Assembly: GCA_030390025.1 (NCBI GenBank)
Contig: CM059432.1
Span: 49,354,001-49,418,000, forward strand
Source: Squalus acanthias
Taxonomy: Eukaryota
Reading direction: 5' to 3'
Length of the DNA stretch: 64,000 bases
A program made the translations under genes and the position numbers. Positions 36,512-46,878 of the stretch are shown here, one piece after another; within the stretch, counting starts at the first letter, position 1; each line of letters opens with the position of its first letter. Under the pieces are notes generated by a model, which saw only the letters and a list, made by a program, of their open reading frames with translations, was not told the DNA's origin and did not search any database.

Positions 36512-38234
36512 TGCACCACCTCACACTTATCTATATTGAAATGAATTGTCCATTGACACGGTTATTCTGCAAGTTTGTTAATGTCTTGTATTTTGTCGCA
36601 TTCTTCCTCAGTATTAACCATGCCCCCGCCCCCAATTTAGTGTCATCCACAAATGTTGATATTGTATTTCCGATTTCCGAGTCCAAATGTAAATGGTGAA
36701 CAACCGTATTGATCATGGCTAGTGATTTTATGGCACAAAATAGTTAATATATAAACTCCCAAACTGGTTCCTCTACAATCTTATTTTGAACTCCAGTTAA
36801 ACTAATGCCACTATTTGGTGAAACAAATTCCAAATGCTTAAAGCTAGCCCATTCCTTCACTGATTCAATGGTATTACGACACACTGCTCATCACTACAAA
36901 GAATTTGTCTGACAGCTGTTCTTTCTCCAATTTAATTCTGGGTTGTGTCAAACTCTGTGCTCATAGCCTTTGTGGCTTGAGTCCTTGCTTTCTGTAGACA
37001 AATCCCTGACATTAACTGCAGCCCGAAGCATCACAAGCAGTATCTGCTGATGTCCTTGACTTACAAGTTTAACACCATCCCAATCCATCGGATTAGTCAA
37101 TTAAACTATTATCCCCGAGATGTTGGCATTAAACATACTGGATTTGTCCAAGAGCACTATCAACAGAGTTCAGTCGTCATTTTTAGTGTTTGATTCTGCT
37201 CCAGGTTGTGGATTAGACTTTATGTTACACTTCACAAATTGCTATTCTTCTAATTGTATTCTACTCATGTCACCATTGTCATTTCTGGAAACTCTCTGCT
37301 TTTGGAAAGTGCAATGGGAACTTAAAGGGCTGCCATTTGTGAACCAAATGATATTTATCCCTTCCAGCAGAGATGTTCAAAATAAATAAAACTGTACTCA
37401 GCAGTCATGGATCACTGGTCAAAAGGTGAGAAACTATATCATTACTGATGTGATAAATGTCCCAGACACAGTGCATGGAAAGAGGTATGATGAAAGTTTC
37501 ACACTCAGAAATACTCAACAAAGAAAATGGCCATGCAAGGGACAAGGGACAGGGTGTGGCGCCTGTTCACATGGGAATAGGAACCATGTAAAATTGGTGC
37601 TGGGACCTCATTATAATGGTCAGGCGTGCAGCCAGCGCTACCTGTGTATGCTTATTGGCTGCACGCCTGTTTGGGAGGGTTGGGAAATTGGGCGTCTCTG
37701 ACGCTACTTAAAGGCAACCTGCATCTCTTAAAGGGGAGGTGCACTCTGGCAGCAGACAGAAGGAAGCGCTTCTGAAGAGTAAAATGGCTGCAAGAGTTGC
37801 AGATCAGGCCCCCAAGTACTCCTCTGATGCCCCTTTGGGTGCCCTGGTCCAGGTGGTGGACTGGAGGAGGGGGATCCTGTTGGGTGGGCAGAGCAGAAAG
37901 CCCTTCAGGGAACACCTCTATCACCAGTAGGAACAGGTGGCTGGAGTTTAAAGCAAGGAGCTTAGCTCCCAGGACATGGCTTTACTGCCGAAAAAAGTTT
38001 AATGAACTCCACAGAGTTGTCAAGGTAAGAATCCTACCTCTTATCTCAATTACTCTCTCCTCACACCTACAGCCTCACTACTCACACCATTCCCCTCCCT
38101 GTTTCCATTCACTCTCCTACAATAACTGCACCACACTTCACTCCACCTCCTTCTTCTACTCACATACTCTTCACCTCCTACTCTCAGCACTATTGCAAAC
38201 CTCACTTTCCCACACCTCACATCTTACACACAAT

Positions 38235-38954
38235 GGCCCAGAAATTCGGCCGAATACAGGAGAGTAAGCACTGTGTACTCACCCGTATTCGGTCCCGAAG
38301 TGCCGGTTTCCTGCATGCACTGCGCATGTGCGGGAAACCGGCACTTCCGATATTGCCGCATCGGCAGCACACTGAGGTTTTTTTTCAGGTTTGAACGCGA
38401 GGGTAAGTATGGAAGATTTTACACATGAAAAAAGGAGGCGTAAGACCCCCTTTTAACAAGGTAAGTAGTTAATTAAGTATTATTTTAAATTTTTTTCAAC
38501 AGGTTTATCTTTTTTAGAGACTTTAAAGAAAGGTAAGTTTATTTTTATAACTTTTAAAAAGAATTTAAATTTTTTCAAAAATTTAAATTTTTGTTTAAAA
38601 TGGTTAATTTATTTAACTATAGTTATTTTATTAATGTGATGGTTTTTTTTTAAATTTAATTGAGGTTTAGCTGTTCTTTTGGGGGCAAGTTGTATTCATA
38701 GTTTTGACAGTTCTCCTGTCAAAACTATGAATGAAAGATGGTGTGCTGCCATTGGCTCTAACTGGCCCACGTGATCCCAGAGGTCGCATCGAACTAACTG
38801 CGCCTCTGGGACACGCACACACTGCGCGCCGGCACCAGGGAGAGGCCCAGGACCAGAAGTTCGTGTGGGCCCAAACCATAAAGGCAGGCACGGTAGGTAA
38901 GATCGCGCCGGATCCTTACCCCCGCGGCAACCATCTAAGTCTAATTTCTGGGCC
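38235..38954. mobile_element. Non-autonomous Harbinger-type element (GGCCCA-TIR family), nested in the Myb intron of the older element
   Basis: Perfect TIR GGCCCAGAAATT / AATTTCTGGGCC with an exact AAT TSD. Confidence 0.9.
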
Positions 38955-39101
38955 AATATCTACACGATGCAACCATGTCAGATACATACTCAAAACAGCT
39001 CACAAGGCTGTCACTAACACACTGTTCTTTCTTGCACGAGGTTGTGCACATGAGGCAGCAACTGAAGAAACCAGAGGCCACCTCCACACCCTAGGGTAAC
39101 A

Positions 39102-39969
39102 GGGGGAGAAATTCGGTATCGCCCCGTTTGGGGCGCAATTATCGGCCGGGCGCAAAGTTTAGCGCCTGGCGCTAATTATCGCCTCCGACTGCAAACTTGG
39201 CTTCTATCGCCCCTGGAGGTGATTGGAGCGCTAAATCAGGCGCTACACACCTCTCTTAAGGCGCTAACGCCGAGGAGCGAGGCGCTATCTCAGAGTGCTG
39301 GCGAAGCTCATGTGATAGTCAGCAATGGAACACAGACACACTGGCGCTGGCCAGTTCTTAAAGGGGAGGGTCGATCTTGCTCTCCATCCACACCTTGCTC
39401 ATTGCAGCCTTGAATCTCGGCCTGGAGAGACCTGTACATCAAATCTGCTGGAAAGAACAATGGAGAGGCCCAGGGAAAGACGTCAGAGTGCAGCTCCCAT
39501 AGTCTCTTCTAAATTGATGCAAGGAAGATCAAATCAAAATGAACCTGCAAAGTGCTGCTCAGTACCCAAAACTCCTCAACACAGTGTTGAATATCTCCAG
39601 AAGTCTCTCTCTCTCACTCAGAATGCGTGGTGCTAAAATGTCGCCAAAAAAAAAGGCAGGAACCGGTTGCCTTTAAATAGCACTCCCCCAGTCCCTTCCC
39701 GACTACAAAACGTTCCCCTCAACCTGTCGTTACTAGCGGCAGGCGGTAAGGCAGGGGGCGCCACTCAATATCCGGTCCGGGGCTCGACTGACGTCACAAT
39801 CTGCGGGCGCAGGAGATCGTGGCGGTAGTGTTTAGCGCTGCCGCAAAATGTCTGGTCAATTTCGTGAGCGGCGCAAACATCGCCGCACCCAGGCGCTAGT
39901 TGCTTTGCGCTCCATTAGCGCCCTCTTAAGGCGCTAACAGGAGGCGCAAACCAACCGAATTTTTCCCCC
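39102..39969 (+). mobile_element. 868-bp deletion derivative of the 42962-47051 Harbinger family
   Basis: TIR GGGGGAGAAATTCGG / CCGAATTTTTCCCCC (14/15). Both arms align to the ends of the 4.09-kb element. Flanks ACA / ATA. Confidence 0.93.
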
Positions 39970-40165
39970 ATAGAGTCATAACAGCACAGGAGGTCATTCG
40001 GCCCATCGAGTCTGTGCCAGCTCTCTGTAGAGCAATCCAGTCAGTCCCATTCCCCTGCTTTATCCCCGTAGCCCTGCAAGTTTATTTCCCCCAAGTGCCT
40101 ATTCAGTCTCCCCTTGAAAAGATTGAGTGTCTCTGCTTCCACCACTTCTGTCAGCAGCGAATTCC
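39970..40165 (-). mobile_element. CR1-type 3' tail fragment
   Basis: ATAGAGTCATAACAGCACAGGAGGTCATTCGGCCCATCG..., homologous to the tails at 50305 and 56608. Confidence 0.7.
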
Positions 40166-41274
40166 ATCGGCAGCGAATTTTCACAAGGAGTATGTGCTGG
40201 ACATCATAGGCAGGGTCAAGTCATGGCCATAGGAAGAGACTTTTCACAGAGTTTCTTCACACCGTTCCATCTTTTTCCCCATTTCACTTCTATCTCACCC
40301 TACACACTCTGCAGCTGCTTTCAGCAGCAACTCATCTCTCTTTGCTCTCACTCCACACTAAAAGCTCACCCAGTCCCTCTGTTGGTGCACTGGGGGTGGG
40401 ACAGATGGTTCAGGTGAAGCGCTCTTGGATCAGTTGCTCACAGAACTCTGGCAGCTAGTGGCACTAGTGGGTGATGCTGCTCCTGCTCTTCATGCTGCTC
40501 TTCCTCCTTCTCGTCCTCTTGCTGCCCAGGTGGTGGTAAGGGCTGGGTCTTCCGTATATGCACCATGTAACACATGACTACAAATCTGGAAACACAGTCA
40601 GGGGTGGACTGCAGAGCTCTTCCCGTAGTCGAGGCAGTGGAAGCATTGCTTGAGCGCACCGCTGGTCTGATGAATGATATTCCTGGTGGCGGCATGGCAC
40701 TCATTGTAGGCATCCTCCGCGTCTGTGCCCAGGTTCCTGGCAGGAATCATGAGGAGAGGATATCACTTGTCGCCAACTAGCCAACCTGTGACCTGACGGC
40801 TTGGTTGGAATAAAAGCTGCACAGAGGATGAATAAATCATTGACTGCTGCCAGGAAACTGGACACAGACTTGCAGAATCTCTATGTCAGTATTTATATAT
40901 AAACATTCTTTAACAAGCCAACTGGTTATTAACATATTCAAATATTAAAACAAAACCAACAAAACTAAGGTTGGTCATTATCAAAATTAATTACTGCCAA
41001 GGCAAAGTTACTTTTTGCGTGTAATTCCAATTTTGGTTCAACATTTAGTTTTATGCAATTATTCAGAAGTTTAAGCCAAGGGATAATCATGCGTTGCTCT
41101 AGGCAGCTGCTTTGTTGAGCTAATGAATGTCCTGTCACACTTCTATATGTAGTAACACAAAAAAGTAATTAATTGAATGGAAGGAAACAAAGAGAAAAAT
41201 GAACCTGTGCAGCTGGACCAATGTAACATTTGAGCCCCAGATTCATGTTCAGACATCCTGGGTTTGAACTCTAT

Positions 41275-42668
41275 GGGGACATTTTCTGACGTCGGAGGAG
41301 ACGGGTTTGGAGGCGGGAAAGGCAGAAACAATGAGGGCGGGTTCGGAACCCGCCTCCAACCTGCCTCCGCAGGATTTTGCCGGTGCCGGTTCTGGAGGGT
41401 GGGAAATGGTCCCGCCTCCAGCTGGCCATAGCGCTAGTTAAGATCATTAAATGCTTGTTAAGGGCCTCTCTAAGCCTATTTTGAGAGGCCCACATGATTT
41501 TTAGAGCATTTTGGCGTGTTCCAAGACCCTCCTAAACCACACCAGCGAAACCTGGCGATTGACTCGTGGGTGGTCTCCTCACAGCTGCAGGTCCAACAAT
41601 AAATTGTTTATTTCATCAAAGATTACGTGCAGGTGCCAGAACTTTGCTTTAAAAGGTCTTTGAGCACTTTTAGCAGGCCTTCTGAAGTCGGAGGTGCTGC
41701 AGCTTGAATCTATCAACTGTGGGACCTCCTTGGAAGACCCTCTCCCCGCTTGCAATGAGCGCTTCCCCAACGGAGGCATCTGCAAGCAGCATGGGAACCA
41801 TTCGTTTTCTTTCTCCATGGACCTCAGATGAGGATGAGAAGGAGGAGGATCTGGAGGAGGAGGAGGAGCAGGAGGAGGTCAGAGAGCCGGTGTATCGACC
41901 AGCAGCAGCAGCAGCACGCGAGAACATGGCTGACCGGGACGCAAGGGATGAACTTATCCTGGCCAGATTTGCATAGGTTGCCCAAGTTGGCACATGTCCT
42001 TGGCTCCATCCTAAGACATCATTAACAATGGACATGACTCTCTGGCTTACTTTCACTCAGGCCACCAACCTGACAATGCAAGTGTGGCGGAGCCTGCAAT
42101 GTGGAGTTACCTAAGGCGAAATAACAGATGCCATAACGCCAACATTTTGGCATCAAATCATTTTAATGCTTTCCAACAGGGATGGCATTTCATCAATACA
42201 CAGAAACATTCTCCCAATCTGCACACAGATCTGGAGGTTATATCCCTTGCCAGCTGTACCCACACAGCCTTGGTTTCTTTGGGAGGCCTCTTCCTCCCAG
42301 ATGAATGGAAGAGCACCTCCCTGCTAGCTGTCACCCCCTCAAACAACATTTGCAGCGCCTCATCCGAGAGCCTCGGGGAGGCCCTTGCCTTGGAATTGGT
42401 CATAGTGGTTTCTCAGAATATGTTGCAGGTGGTGCAGCATAGGCAAAAATCCTGTGGAATGAGCCATAAAATCAGACTGGAAAAGTGTGTCAGCAGAGGT
42501 GGGTTTCAGTCCCAAAACACTCATTGACCAAGGGCATCCCACACCTCTGAAATCAAGTGGCCAATCAGGGGAAAATCTCAATTTTTTGAAAACTATCAGT
42601 GGAGGCGGGTTTCAAACCCACCCAAACCGAAACCCGCCTCCATCTCGCCTCCAGTGAGAAATTCGCCC
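41275..42668. mobile_element. Internally deleted Harbinger transposon
   Basis: Termini GGGGACATTTTCT / AGAAATTCGCCC with GGAGGCGG/CCGCCTCC subterminal repeats. Myb remnant on - (42158-42403, ARASPRLSDEALQML..REVLF..RKRPP..VWVQLA). Transposase remnant on + (41791-41976). No clear TSD. Confidence 0.8.
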
Positions 42669-43322
42669 GCTAAGTGTTGTGAAGATTACTGGTAGGCCAG
42701 AGGATTGGGAAATTTTTTAAACCAGCAAAGGATGACTAAAAAAATAATGAAGAAGGAGAAGATAGATTATGAAAGTAAACTAGCAAAAAATATAAAAACA
42801 GACAGTAAGAGCTTCTACAAGTATATAAAAGGGAAGAGAGTAGCTAAAGTAAATGTTGGTCCCTTAGAGGATGGGACTGGGGAATTAATAATGGGAAACA
42901 GGGAAATGGCAGAGACTTTGAGCAAATATTTTGTATCAGTCTTCACGGTAGAAGACACTAAGGGGGAAATATTCAGTATCGCCCCGTTTGGGGTGCCATT
43001 ATCGGCCATGCGCAAAGTTTAGCGCCTGGTGCTAATTATCGCCTCCGACTGCAAACTTGGCTTTTATCGCCACTGGAGGTGATTGGAGCGCTAAATCAGG
43101 CGCGACACACCTGCCTTAAGGCGCAAAGGCCGAGGAGCGAGGCGCTAACTCAGAGCGCGGGCGCAGCGCAAGTGCTGTCAGTTAGCGATGGAACAGAGAC
43201 ACACTGGCACCGGACAGTTCTTAAAGGGGAGGGTCGATCTTGCACTCCAGCCACACCCTGCTCATTGGAGCCTTGAATCTAGGCCTGGAGAGACCTGTGC
43301 CTAAATCTTCCAGCCAAGGACT

Positions 43323-45084
43323 ATGGAGAGGGTGAGAGAACGAGCTCAGCGCTTCAGCGAGCGGGCCTTGGATGCTCTGGTTGGCACGGTGGAGCGCAGA
43401 AGATCTATACTCTTCCCTGAGAGTGGCAGGAGGCCTTTGCCCCGCGAGTACAGAAGAGTGTGGAGAGAGGTGGCTCAGAGCGTCTCCTCCAGGAGCATGG
43501 TGCCCAGGACCCATACTCATTGTCGAAAAAAGTTCAACGACCTCACTCGGGTCGTCAGGGTGAGTGGACTTTTTTCAATACCTCTCCATCCCTCCATCTC
43601 AACCTCACTCTATGGCCAGAGGGTCTTAAAACCCCAATGCCCAACACTCATCCAACACCTATGGCCCTCTCATGAAACACACACGCACATTCCACACTTT
43701 GCATACAGTAAGGGCTATTCACCTATGGGAGTCACATCAGGCAAGACCATGGCTGTATATTTACTCAGATGCCGTCCTTTTTCTTGCAGGCCAAGCTATC
43801 TCATAATAGGAGACAGCAGCAACGGACGGGTGGAGGGCGGCCTCAGCTGCAACCCCTCAGCGATCTGGAGGCGCGCGTCCACAGGATTGTGGCAAGCCAG
43901 GTGATCGGTCCCATCGCCCTTGGAGAGGCTGACCCCGTTCTGGACAGCAATGGAAAGGTCATCACCTTTTTCTCCTCTCTCCTTCCACTTGTCCCTCACA
44001 ACACCAGCCTTTGACACATTCAATCCAACTTACTAAATCGCTGCACTCATTCCTCCCTTACTGCCCCCCTGTCCTCATGCTAAAGCCACTCTTGTACCTC
44101 CCTGCTTTCAGATGGTGATTCACCAGCTGAGGAGATGGGCCCTCAAGCTGCCAGTGGGAGTGAAGCTGCAGGCGAGGAGGAAGATGAAGCCGGAGAATCA
44201 GCGTCACCCTCTCCCAAGGAAGCCCATGCCCACACTGGGAACACGCCGTCCCTGGAGGGGAGCAGGGGGCGTCTGATGAGGGTGAAGTTCCAGGACCCAG
44301 TGGGCTGCAGCAACGTGATGGGGGTAGGGAAGCTCGGGGGCCTTCGCCCCGGAGGGAGAGTATGCCAGCGAGTCCTGCTGCACTGGATGCAGAGGAGGAG
44401 CGGCTCATCGCTGAAATGAACACCCAGGCGGTGGACATGCACACTGAGCTCATGGGTGCAGTGAGAAGGGTGCCCGAATGCATTGAATCACTGGCAAGGA
44501 GTGTGGAGCACTTCGCTGTAGTACAGGCAGATGCCACGCTAAAGCTTAGTGCTGCAATTCAGTCACTGGCTGCCATGACCCCATCTCAGACTGCTCTCAT
44601 GCAGACTCAGATTGAGGTCACGCAAGCACTGACTGCTGCCATTCTCGCTGGTTCGGACACATTTCTCCGGGGCTCTCACCGCGCCGCAGCAGGCCAGCAA
44701 TCTGTGCTCCAGCAGATTGCTCCGGATGCTGAAGTGCTGCCCCGTGGGAGTGCCAGTGTGTCGGTCGAGCAGGGAGTTGCTGTCCTCTCTCAAGATGACA
44801 GCATTCCTGCTGCCACCACTGTCACTTCTCCATTGCACTTGCCACCGCCTGTAGGCCAGACTGCTGCCGCCCATGCAGAGTTGGTGCAGTCTGTAGCCGG
44901 GCCCTCCAGGCCCAGAGCTGGTCGAGGCCGTCCTTCAAGGGCATCTGCAGTCTCATTTTCTGACAATCAGCAGCCTTGCACCAGCCTTGCTGCAGCCACT
45001 GGGGCCCCATTATGGAGGAGCAGTAGGGTGGGAAGGGGGGAAGTGCGCAAGGGAAGGAGATCACCCTCGAAGGGCAAAAAGTAG
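43323..45084 (+). pseudogene. Harbinger Myb/SANT-like DNA-binding protein gene, 3 exons (43323-43559, 43790-43952, 44112-45084), probably disabled
   Basis: Exon 1 MERVRERAQRFSERALDAL..VWREVA..RTHTHCRKKFNDL ends at a phase-0 GTGAGT donor. Acceptor TTCTTGCAG leads to AKLSHNRRQQQRTGGG. The exon 2 donor reads GAAAGG instead of GTAAGG. Exon 3 needs a 1-nt frameshift near 44257-44260. Confidence 0.85.
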
Positions 45085-45396
45085 GAGGTGTGACAAAATG
45101 TTTGTCAATTTTTTATTAAAGGCCGAGTTTCGTGGTCAAACTTTTGTTTAGTGTTTTGGACATTATCTCCAGGTTGTGAGAACCAGTTATGTTAATGACT
45201 GGTTTTTTTGTGTTTCTTTCTATTAGTTTGTCATGAAGAAATGACACACACAGAGTTTGTAAAATAAATAATTTTTTGGATTCAAAATGTACATATTTGG
45301 TCTTTGGAATCATTGTTGCCTTGGTCGGCTTAGGGGTTGCGGGTTGGTTTCATTCATGTTGTTCTCAATGGCAGAAGCCATTTCCTCAGCAGGGGC

Positions 45397-46542
45397 CTAG
45401 AAGCGGCTTGCTATCAGCCATTGACGGACGGCCCTTCCAGTTTCAACATTGTAGGCCTCCCTCCCACCTTGGTGCTGCTGCTGATCATCCTCCTCCTCTT
45501 CCTCCTCCTCCGGTGGTGCTCTAAGGCCTGGTGACATTGGCTGGGTCCTGAGGATTGCCAGGTTATCCAGCATGCAGCACACAACTATGAAGGGGGAGAC
45601 TCTCTCAGGCGAGTACTGTAGGGCTCCTCCTGAGTGGTCCAGACAGCGGAACCGTTGCTTGAGCACGTCGATTGTGTGCTCAACGATGTTCCTGGTGGCG
45701 AGATGGCTCGCATTGTACCGCAGCTCAGCAGGGGTGGTAGGGGTATGGAGCGGTGTCATCAGCCAGGTGCACAGTGGATAACCCTTGTCCCCGAGAAGCC
45801 AACCACTTGGGTGATGCGGTGCCTGGAAAAGGTCTGCCATAGTAGTCTGGCGTAGGATGAATGCATCGTGGCTGCTGCCAGGATAGCGGGCATTGACATC
45901 GAGTATCAGCTGTCTGTGGTCACAGACCAACTGGACGTTTAGGGTGTGGAATCCCTTTCGGTTGCGGAAATCCTCTGCATTCTCATGCGGTGCACGCAAT
46001 GCCACATGCGTGCAGTCAATGGCACCCTGCACCATGGGGAAGCCCGCTATCCTCGCAAAGCCCAATGCGTGTTCATGCTGTTTGGCCTGGGTTATCGGGA
46101 AAGAGATGTACTGTCGTCTCCTTTTATAGAGGGCATTTGTGACCTGACGGATGCAGCAATGGACAGCGAACTGGGAGATATTGGCGATGTCCCCAGTAGC
46201 TGCTTGAAAGGAGCCGGTGGCATAAAAGTTCAGAGCCACTGTGATCTTCACTGCCACCGACAGAGACGTCCTGGTCCTCAGTTGAGGCTGCAGATCTGGC
46301 TGCAGCAGGTGGCAGAGCTCAGTGATAACCTCCTTGCTGAAGCGCAGCCTTCGCAAACACTGCTCCTCAGACATATTAATGTAGGAGAATTGTTGGCGAA
46401 ATACCCTGGGAGGGTAAGGTCTCCTGTACAGAGGCCTGTTGGCCCTCCTCCATCTGGCCATGATTGCCACTCTCTCTCTGCGTCTCTGCGGCCTCCGAAT
46501 CTGCCGGCGCAGGATGACGCCCCCAATCAGTGCAGCCCCCAA
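45397..46542 (-). CDS. Harbinger DDE transposase (HARBI1-like), open for 381 aa, homologous start codon reads TTG
   Basis: GAIDCTH, RNRKGFHTLNVQLVCD, YPGSSHDAFI, LLGDKGYP, RNIVE and LKQRFRCL motifs, no internal stop. The homologous start is ATG at 39500-39498 in the derivative copy. Confidence 0.88.
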   Translation of the reverse strand: MGAALIGGVILRRQIRRPQRRRERVAIMARWRRANRPLYRRPYPPRVFRQQFSYINMSEEQCLRRLRFSKEVITELCHLLQPDLQPQLRTRTSLSVAVKITVALNFYATGSFQAATGDIANISQFAVHCCIRQVTNALYKRRRQYISFPITQAKQHEHALGFARIAGFPMVQGAIDCTHVALRAPHENAEDFRNRKGFHTLNVQLVCDHRQLILDVNARYPGSSHDAFILRQTTMADLFQAPHHPSGWLLGDKGYPLCTWLMTPLHTPTTPAELRYNASHLATRNIVEHTIDVLKQRFRCLDHSGGALQYSPERVSPFIVVCCMLDNLAILRTQPMSPGLRAPPEEEEEEEDDQQQHQGGREAYNVETGRAVRQWLIASRF

Positions 46543-46734
46543 AGTCTCTTGGCAATCAAAGTAATGAAGGTCAAAAACAAAAGTACCTGCAAAGTGATGC
46601 TCAGTAGCCAAAACTACTTCACACAGCGTTGACTCTATGCAGAAGTCTCTCCTTCTCTCTCTCAGAATCTCTCTCTCTGTCAGAACGAGTGGTGCAAAAG
46701 TGTTTACCACAGAAAAAGCCAGGAAGAGGCCGCG

Positions 46735-46878
46735 TTTAAATAGCGCCCCCCAACCCCACAACAACTGGGAAATGTTCCAGTCGACCTGTCGTTGCTTGCG
46801 CCAGGCGGAAAGGAGGGGGGCGCCACTCAATATCCGCTCCGGGGCGCCACAAGTGCGTTGCACGCTCGAATGACGTCA
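46735..46878 (-). promoter_or_regulatory. Putative transposase promoter: CRE (TGACGTCA 46871-46878) and TATA-like TATTTAAA (46742-46735)
   Basis: Both motifs are conserved in the same order in the derivatives (39789-39796 / 39672-39679 and 62755-62762 / 62892-62899). Confidence 0.55.

Larger units (their letters stand above)
34275..36700 (-). mobile_element. CR1 LINE 3' fragment interrupted by a Penelope-type insert and a family B LINE
   Basis: Minus-strand translations LYRTLVRPHLEYCAQFWSP and TISTFVDDTKLG. The sequence is contiguous across both insertions. Confidence 0.88.
37580..40880. mobile_element. Old degraded Harbinger transposon disrupted by nested insertions (boundaries approximate)
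   Basis: Myb exon 1 remnant on + (ATG 37783: MAARVADQAPKYSSDAPL...PRTWLYCRKKFNELHRVVK followed by GTAAG). Transposase C-terminal remnant on - (about 40410-40860: FPGSS, RALQSTP..VSRFVVMC, acidic tail, LIQERF). Confidence 0.75.

Noticed and set aside
36880..37230. Unique-looking sequence as a possible conserved non-coding element (also about 5560-5700 and 18540-18800)
   Set aside because: Conservation cannot be judged without cross-species alignment.
43560..43904. Read-through continuation of the 193-aa Myb ORF
   Set aside because: It runs through a consensus GTGAGT donor, and the conserved RTGGG segment is in another frame after the acceptor at 43789.
45946..46632. Antisense ORFs over the transposase and LINE coding regions (also 163-696 and 57150-57632)
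   Set aside because: Shadow frames of the real coding strand, with no independent motifs.
46543..46863. 107-aa N-terminal extension of the transposase in the ORF track
   Set aside because: It starts at a GTG upstream of the TATA-like box and has no in-frame ATG. The homologous start maps to 46542.
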